From Candidatus Lindowbacteria bacterium RIFCSPLOWO2_12_FULL_62_27 (GTDB lineage: Bacteria > Lindowbacteria > 2-12-FULL-62-27): 64,000 bases of DNA. The stretch is taken from NCBI GenBank assembly GCA_001784175.1, contig MFPR01000004.1, forward strand, positions 186,001-250,000, in the 5' to 3' direction. This document shows positions 38,877 through 47,354 of this stretch, one piece after another. Both the position numbers and the translations under genes were made by a program. Numbering within the stretch: the stretch's first letter is position 1; each line of letters begins with the position of its first letter. Below the pieces are notes generated by a model. It searched no databases, had not been told where the DNA came from, and saw nothing but the letters and a program-made list of their open reading frames with translations.

Positions 38877-39358
38877 GGCATCTCCTCCTTTCCTGACATC
38901 AATTCCAGCGGCGTAACCAACTCCGAGACATCCAATCCCAGAATCGTATTCACGGCTCGAATGTGCGCAAACTTGCGGGCATTGGCCAGATGCTGACAAT
39001 TCAACGTAAGCAAGTAATCGCAGCGATGGAATGACGCAACCGCCAAATGAAGCGCATCCCCTGCGGGATCCACGGGCATCACGCGCCGCGCGATGTAAAC
39101 TCGGGTAATGTCGGCAATTTCGTCCGTCAGTTCCAATATCTCGACGGAATTCATAAGACGCATTGCCCGGGTACGGTTCGGCCAGTTCCCGCGTTCGAGT
39201 TCGGCCCATACGGCCACACTGGTCACAAGTTCGAACTGGTGACGATTCTCATGCCACCATTTTCTTGTCCAGAGCCGCCGCGCCATCATTTCCGGCTGCG
39301 GCCGGGTATCAAAGTAAAAGCTGGGTATGGACGTTTCAATGTACACGCGCCTTTTCAC
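38873..39358 (-). CDS. PIN domain (VapC-like) toxin
   Basis: VYIETSIPS, DALHLA.AS...CDYLLT.NC.HLANA. Confidence 0.88.
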   Translation of the reverse strand: MKRRVYIETSIPSFYFDTRPQPEMMARRLWTRKWWHENRHQFELVTSVAVWAELERGNWPNRTRAMRLMNSVEILELTDEIADITRVYIARRVMPVDPAGDALHLAVASFHRCDYLLTLNCQHLANARKFAHIRAVNTILGLDVSELVTPLELMSGKEEMP

Positions 39359-39472
39359 ATCGACAGCCTACCACAGCATACCGCCAAAAACAAAAACCGC
39401 CCACAGCGATTCCGCAAATAAAGAATCCGAAGTGATCCAAGTCCTACAAAGATAGGCCAAAACAGGAAAAGC

Positions 39473-39667
39473 GAGGTTGTCCCCCGTTTAGTTGAAAATG
39501 AAGAGGCGGTTCTCCCCTCCCGGATGTTAATCTGGGAGTGCAGATTTTCAAAAACAGAAAGGAGAACCGCCATGAAGAGAAAGTACCAGAGGATTCAGAC
39601 GAAAAGCAACGAGGACATGATGTTGCCTGCGGGGGTCAAGCTGGACGACATCATCGACGGAGTTTGG
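39473..39667 (+). mobile_element. Possible IS left end with truncated transposase start (IS256-like?)
   Basis: GAGGTTGTCC end; SD sequestered in a GGCGGTTCTCC/GGAGAACCGCC hairpin; ORF MKRKYQ... cut after ~32 codons by the repeat. Confidence 0.35.
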
Positions 39668-39823
39668 TCATGGTGTCATTCTTCTACTTTGCTACTTTCG
39701 GGGGCGGTGTGTTTGATGGACCGGCTGTTCGGGAAGACAGGTTTGCGGGCGGCGTTTCCGGCGTTCAAGACGTTCCGTGACACTCGCTCCTTGGGACGGA
39801 TTTGGAGCGGAAGCTGAAGCCAA

Positions 39824-40019
39824 ATGAAGGTACGGGATATAATCAAGAAAATTGGGGCCGATGGCTGGTACTTGGTCGAGACGAAAGGCAGCCATCAACA
39901 GTACAAGCACCCGTCCAAACCGGGGCGGGTCACCGTTGCCGGACATCCCGGCGGATGATCTGGCGCCTGGAACGCTCAACAGCATTTTAAAGCAGGCGGC
40001 CCTCAAGGAGGCAAAATAG
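39824..40019 (+). pseudogene. hicA: HicA toxin with a one-base frameshift
   Basis: DGW.....KGSH.QYKHP.KPGRVTVAGHPG, then an extra G; DDLAPGTLNSILKQA continues in another frame. Confidence 0.85.
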
Positions 40020-40020
40020 G

Positions 40021-40236
40021 ATGTACCGATTCTTGATTGTCATCGAAAAAGCAAACGGAAACTACTCGGCGTACTCTCCCGATCTGGCCAGCTGCATCGC
40101 GACAGGTCGCACGCGCGAAGAGGCCGAGCGCAATATGCACGGGGCGATTGAAATGCATATCAAGGGACTCCGGGAGGACAATCTCCCGATCCCCGAATCC
40201 TCCTCCTTCGCCGAATACGTGGCCGTCGGTTTTTGA
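40021..40236 (+). CDS. hicB: HicB family antitoxin
   Basis: YSAYSPDL..C.ATG.T.EEA...M..AI..H..GL. Confidence 0.88.
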   Translation: MYRFLIVIEKANGNYSAYSPDLASCIATGRTREEAERNMHGAIEMHIKGLREDNLPIPESSSFAEYVAVGF

Positions 40237-40479
40237 CCGAGAACGTGTGAATAAATCCTTTATCCACGAAGTGGCACGAAGGAGCATCGGACGACAGAAG
40301 GCGGAAACCATTGGCCACGAACGGCACGAACGATCACGAACAGACACGAAAGAACAAATTTCCCGGTTCAGTGACGGAAACGGAACTCGATACCTGCAGG
40401 ACGTCCTGGGTGTAACCATCGCCAGCATGGCGCTGGTATCAGGATTTATCTTGACGAAGAGGCTGAACGGCGATAAACT

Positions 40480-40593
40480 ATGAGCGAAATGAACAATGTG
40501 AATTTCGGGTTTCTGCTTTTGTATATCGTCACCATCGGGTGGACGCTGTTTGCGTGGTGGGCTTCAGGCAAGTATAAGCCATCAGAAAAGTAG
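40480..40593 (+). CDS. 37-aa single-TM peptide (upstream partner survives only as a 3' remnant)
   Basis: MSEMNNVNFGFLLLYIVTIGWTLFAWWASGKYKPSEK; ATGA overlap with a hydrophobic ORF tail. Confidence 0.6.
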   Translation: MSEMNNVNFGFLLLYIVTIGWTLFAWWASGKYKPSEK

Positions 40594-40725
40594 GCGTCCA
40601 CCTGCGGGACCACCCTCCATCGGCCGGAAGGCTGACAAATTCGGATCATCGGCGCTTCTAAACCTTTAAGAAGCCCTATCAACCCTGTTGTGGCGAACCA
40701 ACGCCGCAACAGGGTTTTTTTTTCA

Positions 40726-40899
40726 TTATTTTGTCCCGCCGACCGGTCCGGCCGGCGAAGGCTCTTTGTAAATCCGTTCAGGATGCCTTTGTTCAAGTTG
40801 GCGCAGATGCTCGATCATTTTAAGCGGGTCGTGCCCAAACTGCGCAGAAATTTTTCTCCGGGCTTCTCTCACTTTCTCGACCCCTGGATCATCTTTCAT
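40726..40899 (-). CDS. Antitoxin-like partner of the PIN protein
   Basis: Manual translation MKDDPGVEKVREARRKISAQFGHDPLKMIEHL... Confidence 0.7.
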   Translation of the reverse strand: MKDDPGVEKVREARRKISAQFGHDPLKMIEHLRQLEQRHPERIYKEPSPAGPVGGTK

Positions 40900-41380
40900 C
40901 GGATTCCTCCTCGCTTAAAAGCTCCAATGGCGTCACCAGATTCGGGACGAAAAGGCCCAACATGGCATTGACGATGCGAATATGCTCGAACTTGTTGGCA
41001 TTTGCCAGGTGGCGACAGTTCCACGTCACCAAATAATCACACCGATAATATGAAGCGAACGCCAGATGCAGAGCGTCGCCTACCGGATCGGCCGGCATCA
41101 CACGGTGACGGACATAGGCCGTGACGATCTCTGACAGACGCTCTGTTGCCGGCAACACGGAAACTTTTTCGATCAACCTCAGGCACTCATCCCGCGCCGG
41201 GTGATTCCCGCTTTGCAGTTCATCTATCACCGCCTCGCTTGTGACCAACTCATATTTTTCCCCAAGCCGATCCCACCACTGCACCGTCCAATCACGGCGC
41301 GAGACCATGTCCGACTCCGTACGGGTCTCAAAATAAAAGCTCGGGATCGTCGTCTCAACATATATTCGTTTCTTCATCAC
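40889..41380 (-). CDS. PIN domain toxin, paralog of 38873-39358
   Basis: IYVETTIPS, DALHLA, TWNCRHLANA. Confidence 0.88.
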   Translation of the reverse strand: MMKKRIYVETTIPSFYFETRTESDMVSRRDWTVQWWDRLGEKYELVTSEAVIDELQSGNHPARDECLRLIEKVSVLPATERLSEIVTAYVRHRVMPADPVGDALHLAFASYYRCDYLVTWNCRHLANANKFEHIRIVNAMLGLFVPNLVTPLELLSEEESDER

Positions 41381-41789
41381 ACACCCATTCTATCCCAATC
41401 CTCATTCCTTTTCCACTATCTTGGGTTGCAGTGTCAGGTATTGAGTTATTGCCGTATAAGGAATGCGGCGGTTCCGGCGCTTCTAAACCTTTCAGAAGCC
41501 CTTTCAACCCTGTCGGGGTTAACCAAACCCCCGGCAGGGGTTTTTATTTTGACGGAGAAGCTGAAGTCCATTAACTACGAATCGAACGGTAAACCGAAAG
41601 AGCGCGAAAAATTTCATAGAGAGTTTTTATGTGTTTCTCGAAATTTTGCGTCATTTCGTAGTTAAAGTTTCCTCGATTTTTGCAGCCGGGTTTTTTGACA
41701 TTTGAATCTGTCTTGAATACAATCTGATTGGTTTTGTGAGGCCGATAGGCTGGATGGCATGATGAACAGACAGATGATAGGGTTCCGCC

Positions 41790-42062
41790 ATGCCGGTGGT
41801 ATTCAGATACAAGGGATATCGATTTTTGTTCTATTCGAATGAAGGGGACCCGAGGGAACCTCTTCATATACATATTCAGAAAGGGAGCGCGGTCGCAAAG
41901 GTTTGGCTGATCCCCATACCCTGTGTGGCTGAGAGCTACGGCCTGACGGCGCATGAATTGAACGAGCTTCTGACGATTGCCGTTGAAAACAGAGAGAAAA
42001 TTGAGAGGTGCTGGCATGAGTACTTTGATGACCAATCCCATGGCAAAAAGCCTGCGGTTTGA
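41790..42062 (+). CDS. DUF4160 protein
   Basis: MP.....GYRF.FYSNE...EPLHIH...AKVW. Confidence 0.88.
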   Translation: MPVVFRYKGYRFLFYSNEGDPREPLHIHIQKGSAVAKVWLIPIPCVAESYGLTAHELNELLTIAVENREKIERCWHEYFDDQSHGKKPAV

Positions 42063-42288
42063 TGATGATACCCTGTGGGTCGACTTGGAGGATGGCCGAC
42101 GGCTGGGTGTGCCCCTCGCTTATTTCCCCCGCCTCCTAAGGGCATCGCCCGAACAAAGAAACGGGTTTGTGATCAGTGGCGGCGGGACGGGCCTTCATTG
42201 GGACGCAATTGATGAAGACATTTCCGTTCCCGCCTTGATGATGGGCATTGGGGATCGCACCACCCGTTCAACCCCGAAGAAATCGTAA
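42016..42288 (+). CDS. DUF2442 protein
   Basis: L.DGR.L.VPL..FPRL..A...G.GLHW..IDEDISV. Confidence 0.88.
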   Translation: MSTLMTNPMAKSLRFDDDTLWVDLEDGRRLGVPLAYFPRLLRASPEQRNGFVISGGGTGLHWDAIDEDISVPALMMGIGDRTTRSTPKKS

Positions 42289-42566
42289 CCCGGGAAGAGG
42301 AGTGTGTCCCTCCGATGCCTGCCAACTTCTCGATCTTCATATATAATCAGAAGCCCTTTCAACCTTGGTGTGGCGAACCAACGCCGTAAGGCGGAAACCG
42401 CATAACACGAATGGTCACGAATGTGTTCGAATGGACACGAAGGGAGAACCCACAAAGCGCTTTCTTCTACTTGACACCCCTACTGGAAACCCCTTAACTT
42501 CCGACCCCTTACGTTCACCGACGCTTTTTGTTTGACATTCCCAGAGGCCGCGGCTAAACTGTACAC

Positions 42567-42848
42567 ATGAAAATAGAGGAGCTGACCGAGGCGTTTCGAA
42601 AGGCCATGGTGGACACGTTCATCCCGGAAATTCGACAGCTCCGGGAGGAAATATGCGGGCTGCGGGGGGAAATGCAGGCGCAAAACGCCGCGCTGCGGGG
42701 GGAAATGCAGGCGCAAAACGCCGCGCTGCGGGAGGAAATGAAAGAAATCAAAGGCGCTTTGAATGTCATCCTTCACCGTCTGGATGTGGCCGATCGGGTG
42801 GCCAAGCTTGAAGGTCAGATGGAATATCTCCTCAAGAAGGCCAGTTGA
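42567..42848 (+). CDS. Small coiled-coil protein with an 11-aa tandem repeat
   Basis: LRGEMQAQNAA twice (33 bp); leaderless promoter TTGACA-17-TAAACT. Confidence 0.7.
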   Translation: MKIEELTEAFRKAMVDTFIPEIRQLREEICGLRGEMQAQNAALRGEMQAQNAALREEMKEIKGALNVILHRLDVADRVAKLEGQMEYLLKKAS

Positions 42849-42897
42849 GGCTCAGGTGTTTGAACGGTGGAATCCATGTGCGACCTATAACGATTGG

Positions 42898-43685
42898 GTA
42901 GAGTCGAGGTGAGGCGCGGTAACAGCGGGTAAGCTGTCCCGTTTCCTCACCCCGCTCATCGAACCGGACGTGCGGATTTGCCGCATCCGGCTCTCGGACT
43001 GATTTCACGCAGGGCATGCGAGACGTTCCTTCTTCAGGTTCATCAGACTGGTCATCCCCAGTTCGCCGTAAATCGCGTCACGGCCAAACCGGCGATATCC
43101 CTGTCCGGCGATCTTGTGTCTCTTGCGCAGAAATCGACGCACACTATCCTCAACGTAACGATCCGTACGTAGATATCCCTTCGAACAGCTCCCGTAACTG
43201 AAATAGTTCGCCCAGCCAGTCAGCAGTCGATTCAATCTCTGACACAGATTCGGCCACGGTGTCGGGTTGCCTCGATAGAGCAACCCCTTCAGACGCTCTC
43301 GAAGCCGTTTCTCCGCCTTCCGGCTCGGACACGCTCCCAAATATCGTGCGCCGTTCTTCGGCCAGATCATCGGACCGAACGTGTAACCCAGAAAGTTGAA
43401 ACTCTCCCGGCGTCCATCCCTCACACAGGTCTTGCTCTCGTTGAGCTTGAGGCCAAGCCGTTCCGTCACCCGCTTCGTCCACTCCAAGGCTTTCCGCCCT
43501 TCTTGCCGACACAAAATCACAAAGTCGTCGGCGTAGTTTACGATTCGGGCTTGAAACCGCTCCGCCGCTCCGCTCGTCCGAAAATACAACAGCAGTCTCC
43601 GCATGTAGATGTTCGCCAATAACGGCGAGAGAACTCCTCCCTGCGGCATCCCTCGCGTACTTCGTTTCCCGCCGGTAAGTCGGTG
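42898..43685 (-). mobile_element. 5'-truncated group II intron (RT4-7, X domain, DV, DVI)
   Basis: DV GAGAGCCGGATGCGGCAAATCCGCACGTCCGGTTC; DVI ending CTCGACTCTAC. Confidence 0.92.
43005..43685 (-). pseudogene. ltrA: Group II intron RT/maturase, N-terminal half missing
   Basis: GMPQGGVLSPLLANIYM, YADD, FNFLGY, GWANYF. Confidence 0.9.
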
Positions 43686-44029
43686 TTGCGACACTGTCAT
43701 TCTTCTACTTTGCTACTTTCGGGCGCAGTGTGCCTGATGGACTGGCTGTTCGGCAAGACGAGTTTGGGGGCGATGTTACCGGGTCTGACGACGTTCCGTT
43801 GTGCGGGAAGTCCCGTGCATGGAGCAGGCGCATCGGGCAGGTTCACGGGCACGTTTACGATCACGTTTCCAACTGATAGGATGAACCTCTTGCATGAGGT
43901 TGTGGGTTCGAATTTGAACGTGAACCTGCACGTGCCCGTGAACGTGCCCGAATTGGGCGCCCTCATGAATGGTGACGGGAGTGAGGAAGTCCTCTCCCCC
44001 CAAGCAAGGGGGATTAAGGAGGGTGTGAC

Positions 44030-44491
44030 ATGGCGGCGGTGAAGCCTCGCGTGTATTTGGACACAACGGTTCCGAGCGCCTATCTGGATGCGCGTTCGCC
44101 TGACCGTCAGCGTTTGACGGCGCATTTTTGGAATTTTCGTCTGCCTGAATTTGTGCCGATGATTTCAACGATTGTTCTTTCGGAGATTCGCGATACGCCG
44201 GATATTGACAAACGCGGAAAAATCGAGAAACTTGTAGAAGAATTCGACGTGGTAGAGTTTGACGTCCGGGCGGATGATCTGGCTCAGCGGTACGTCCAAA
44301 ACGGGATATTCCCGGACAAATACGAATCGGACGCGCGCCACGTGGCCGTGGCTGTCGTGAACGGCATTGCCTATTTTGCAAGCTGGAATTTCAGGCATCT
44401 GGTCAAAGTAAAAACGCGGCGTGAGATCAATTCGGTCAATGCCCTTCAGGGCTACGGCCCCATCGAGATCGTGGCGCCCCCTGAATTATAG
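44030..44491 (+). CDS. PIN domain toxin
   Basis: VYLDTTVPS, DARHVA, SWNFRHLV. Confidence 0.88.
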   Translation: MAAVKPRVYLDTTVPSAYLDARSPDRQRLTAHFWNFRLPEFVPMISTIVLSEIRDTPDIDKRGKIEKLVEEFDVVEFDVRADDLAQRYVQNGIFPDKYESDARHVAVAVVNGIAYFASWNFRHLVKVKTRREINSVNALQGYGPIEIVAPPEL

Positions 44492-44500
44492 GAGACGAAC

Positions 44501-44707
44501 ATGAAGAAGTTGAGCAACACTGAAACGCGGGAAGCATGGCGGGTGGTTCGAAGGGATTTTCCCGACGATGAAATGATGCAGGAAATTCATTTCGTCCGCA
44601 TCCTTCACCGGCGTCAGACCCGCCGCCTGTCCCAAAGAGAGCGTATCCGCTTTTACCAGCGAGCAAAGCAGGGCAGAGTGCAAAAACACTCCATAGCCGG
44701 CCTTTAA
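44501..44707 (+). CDS. Antitoxin-like partner
   Basis: 68 aa, follows the PIN gene with an AGGAG SD. Confidence 0.6.
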   Translation: MKKLSNTETREAWRVVRRDFPDDEMMQEIHFVRILHRRQTRRLSQRERIRFYQRAKQGRVQKHSIAGL

Positions 44708-44835
44708 AGGTCGGCCTGCCCCGTCAGACCGGCGGTTTTGGCAGGATTACGGGTAATAGTCCCTGCTGGTCCTGACCGTCGGACTCTGGTTGACAAGAGG
44801 CTTGAACGGGGATAAAACATAGGCAGGTGATACGC

Positions 44836-44937
44836 ATGGAAAATGGAGAATACGGATTTTTGTTGATGTATGCGGTCCTGATCGCGCTGTCGGTTTTTGG
44901 ACTTTACGTAGGCGCACACGCCCGACCGATCGACTGA
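44836..44937 (+). CDS. 33-aa single-TM peptide
   Basis: MENGEYGFLLMYAVLIALSVFGLYVGAHARPID; TTGACA upstream; SD AGGTGA. Confidence 0.6.
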   Translation: MENGEYGFLLMYAVLIALSVFGLYVGAHARPID

Positions 44938-45046
44938 CCTTGGGATGGTGGGCGGTCACGGAGGGTCCGGAAGCCGTTCCATGACACTCGGTCCTCGGGA
45001 CGGATTTGGGGCGGAAGGCTGTCGGTCTGTATTACGGGTTCTAACC

Positions 45047-45074
45047 GTAGGGGCGATGCATGCATCGCCCGTAC
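45047..45074. repeat. GTAG-type REP
   Basis: GTAGGGGCGATGCATGCATCGCCCGTAC, located just after the stop codon inside a repeat copy. Confidence 0.8.
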
Positions 45075-45191
45075 AAATTCGGATCATCGGCGCTTCTAAA
45101 CCTTTCAGAAGCCCTTTCAACCCTGTTGTGGCGAACCAACGCCGCGACAGGGTTTTTTATTTTCGAATGGAGGAAAAGGAGGCAAAATAGG

Positions 45192-45407
45192 ATGTACCGG
45201 TTTTTGATTGTCATCGAAAAAGCAAACGGCAACTGCTCGGCGTACTCCCCCGATCTGGCGGGTTGCGCAGCGACGGGTCGCACGCGCGAGGAGGCCGAGC
45301 GCAATATGCACGGGGCGATTGAAATGCATATCAAGGGACTCCGGGAGGACAATCTCCCGATCCCCGAATCCTCCTGCTTCGCCGAATACGTGGCCATCGG
45401 ATTTTGA
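45192..45407 (+). CDS. hicB: Orphan HicB, near-duplicate of 40021-40236
   Basis: Near-identical DNA; preceded only by AAGGAGGCAAAATAG, the last codons of hicA. Confidence 0.85.
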   Translation: MYRFLIVIEKANGNCSAYSPDLAGCAATGRTREEAERNMHGAIEMHIKGLREDNLPIPESSCFAEYVAIGF

Positions 45408-45569
45408 CCGATGGATCGTCGGCTCTTCGGCCTTCGGTAAGTTCCAGTTGTCATAAGCCAAGAAGAGCTTGTATGATATGGGCTGTAAGGTTGAGCGTGT
45501 CATGGGGTCGACGGGAACGGAGGTCGCTGGATTGCCGGATTGGCGCGGTAGACGTATGAACCAAACGAT

Positions 45570-46157
45570 ATGAAAAAGAGACGGATCGTCCACGTGATAG
45601 CCGGGGCTAATGGGTCCGGCAAGACAACGTTCGCCATGCGGTATCTGCCGCGGATGGCCGGTTGCAGGAATTTCGTCAATGCCGACCTCATCGCTTCCGG
45701 TCTTTCCCCCTTGAATGTCGACGCGGGGGCCATGCGGGCGGGAAAGCTTTTTCTGCAGAGGATCGAAGAGGAAATCCGAAGTAAAAGAGATTTTGCGTTT
45801 GAGACCACTTTGTCCGGACGCCGATTACAGCGTCTTTTCAATCGCTTGCGGAATAAAGGATATCGGATTCGTCTGTATTTTCTGTGGATATCCACGGTGG
45901 AATTGGCATTGAAGCGCGTCTCGGATCGTGTGCGGATGGGCGGGCACTCCGTTCCGGCGCGGGTCATCCGCAGACGTTATGGAAGAGGTATCCAGAACCT
46001 TTTCAAAATCCATGTCCATTTGGCCGACTACTGCGCCATTTTTGACAACTCCTCGACAGAACCAGTCCTGATATGTGAATATATAAAGGGGCGGGAGCGC
46101 ATCGTAAGATCCTCGTTGTTTGACGATATCCGGAAACGCGCGGAGGGAATATCATGA
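45570..46157 (+). CDS. Zeta-toxin-like P-loop ATPase
   Basis: AGANGSGKTT, NADLIA, ETTLSG, RV..GGH.VP, DNS. Confidence 0.88.
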   Translation: MKKRRIVHVIAGANGSGKTTFAMRYLPRMAGCRNFVNADLIASGLSPLNVDAGAMRAGKLFLQRIEEEIRSKRDFAFETTLSGRRLQRLFNRLRNKGYRIRLYFLWISTVELALKRVSDRVRMGGHSVPARVIRRRYGRGIQNLFKIHVHLADYCAIFDNSSTEPVLICEYIKGRERIVRSSLFDDIRKRAEGIS

Positions 46158-46351
46158 AGAACGTCGGCCGGCGGCCAACACCGATCGGCAAAAAAGCCGA
46201 ACGGGCACTTCGTGAGGCTGTGGCGGAGGTGGTTGAAGGACATCGCCGCCGAAATCTGCCGCTGGCGGTCATGCGGAACGGGAAGGCCGTATTCGTGCCG
46301 CCCGACAAACTCATTCTGAAGCCACGCCGACCACGCCGGTCATTCCGTTAG
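46154..46351 (+). CDS. Small partner of the zeta-like ATPase
   Basis: ATGA overlap; A...H...NLP..V.RNGK.V. Confidence 0.7.
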   Translation: MKNVGRRPTPIGKKAERALREAVAEVVEGHRRRNLPLAVMRNGKAVFVPPDKLILKPRRPRRSFR

Positions 46352-46540
46352 TTTTGTCAGTTTATAGGGCGTACGGTGTCCACTGACCGAATACTGTGAC
46401 CGGATTTTTTATTTTATGAACATGGCGCCATGCGTTGTTGAGCGACTGGCGATCGGGTGCGGCACGATGCACCTGTGCTTTCCCGTCGGGATTTTTCATT
46501 CATCTTGACTTCCTGGACTCGAACGGGATAATGGGACCGT

Positions 46541-46738
46541 GTGAATGAGGGAAGACGCCGAGAGGTGGGAAAGCTCTTTTTTGACATTGCCAAATATTTT
46601 GCGACGATCGTGGGAGGGACGTTCTTGGTCAAGCCTGAGGTGGTGACGCCGGCACTCGGCATCAAGACGGGGATATTGGTTTTGCTGGTTCTGCTCATCG
46701 GTTGGTTTATGTACCCGAAAGGAGGGAAGGAAAAATGA
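46541..46738 (+). CDS. 65-aa two-TM membrane protein (DUF6722-like)
   Basis: EVGKLFFDIAKY motif; two hydrophobic segments. Confidence 0.65.
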   Translation: MNEGRRREVGKLFFDIAKYFATIVGGTFLVKPEVVTPALGIKTGILVLLVLLIGWFMYPKGGKEK

Positions 46739-46851
46739 TGGAGACGATTGAACCAGGGAATGGTCTGTTGCTTTTCTATGGGATCATCTGTGTGGGTGGC
46801 GCGCTATTAGGCGCATGGGGAGCGTGGCAGGATTCAAGGAAAAAACCATGA
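46735..46851 (+). CDS. 38-aa single-TM peptide
   Basis: MMETIEPGNGLLLFYGIICVGGALLGAWGAWQDSRKKP; ATGA overlap. Confidence 0.6.
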   Translation: MMETIEPGNGLLLFYGIICVGGALLGAWGAWQDSRKKP

Positions 46852-47039
46852 ACGAGAACGGTGTCAGGCCTTGAGTTACTACTCGGAGCATAAATACTTG
46901 ACACATGACCATGACTGAAATTTCTTCGTGTTCCTTCGTGTTCCTTCGTGGATGAATGATTTTCCCCGTCTACCAACCGTAAAACTTGACATATGACCAC
47001 AATGGTATATACTTTTTGAGGGTCCAGAATGAGGATTGA

Positions 47040-47354
47040 ATGAAGGAACAACGGACATACGAACTGGCCGGCGATGCTCGGGGACAACTGGAACATTTCG
47101 ACGTTTATGTCCAGAGGATCATCGTCGATAGCCTTCGTCAACAGCTTGTCGATGCCGACCCGGCGACGGAGACGGTCCACAAGGGAATACTGAAGGAACC
47201 GGTGGGCGATGCAACGCATAAAATTGAAATTAGAGCCTGGCGCGCATATTACAAGATCGAACGCGCCGCAGACGTCATTCGGTCCGTGGTTCTGATCATC
47301 GGCGAAAAACGCGGCAATAAATTATTTGTCGAGGGAAAGGAATATCCGACGTGA
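47040..47354 (+). CDS. RelE/ParE-like toxin
   Basis: EIRAWRAYYKI...IGEKRGNKL; promoter with an imperfect palindrome upstream. Confidence 0.7.
   Translation: MKEQRTYELAGDARGQLEHFDVYVQRIIVDSLRQQLVDADPATETVHKGILKEPVGDATHKIEIRAWRAYYKIERAADVIRSVVLIIGEKRGNKLFVEGKEYPT

Larger units (their letters stand above)
35259..45163 (+). repeat. Dispersed direct-repeat family derived from the gene's 3' end and terminator (~12 remnants)
   Basis: Copies at about 35584, 35904, 36985, 37778, 38358, 38497, 39668, 40643, 41465, 42349, 43695 and 44975. Confidence 0.92.

Noticed and set aside
42878-42897. GTGCG as the 5' end of a second group II intron
   Set aside because: Only a pentamer, with no supporting domain I structure.
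31320-43685. Diversity-generating retroelement (Avd-like gene + RT + repeats of a surface gene's 3' end)
   Set aside because: Differences between copies are not adenine-specific (many are synonymous C/T/G changes or indels). The RT is a truncated group II intron protein with DV/DVI, and the repeated part is a sorting-type tail rather than a CLec/Ig variable region.
35584-45163. CRISPR array
   Set aside because: Repeats are long and degenerate, spacing is irregular (0.1-2 kb) and gene-containing, and there are no cas genes.
35449-45163. Classical integron attC sites
   Set aside because: The hairpins are T-tailed terminators without clear RYYYAAC/GTTRRRY boxes, and no intI is present. IntegronFinder would settle it.
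45421-45468. ISL3-like ends GGCTCTTC...GAAGAGC
   Set aside because: Too short, with no transposase and no clear target duplication.
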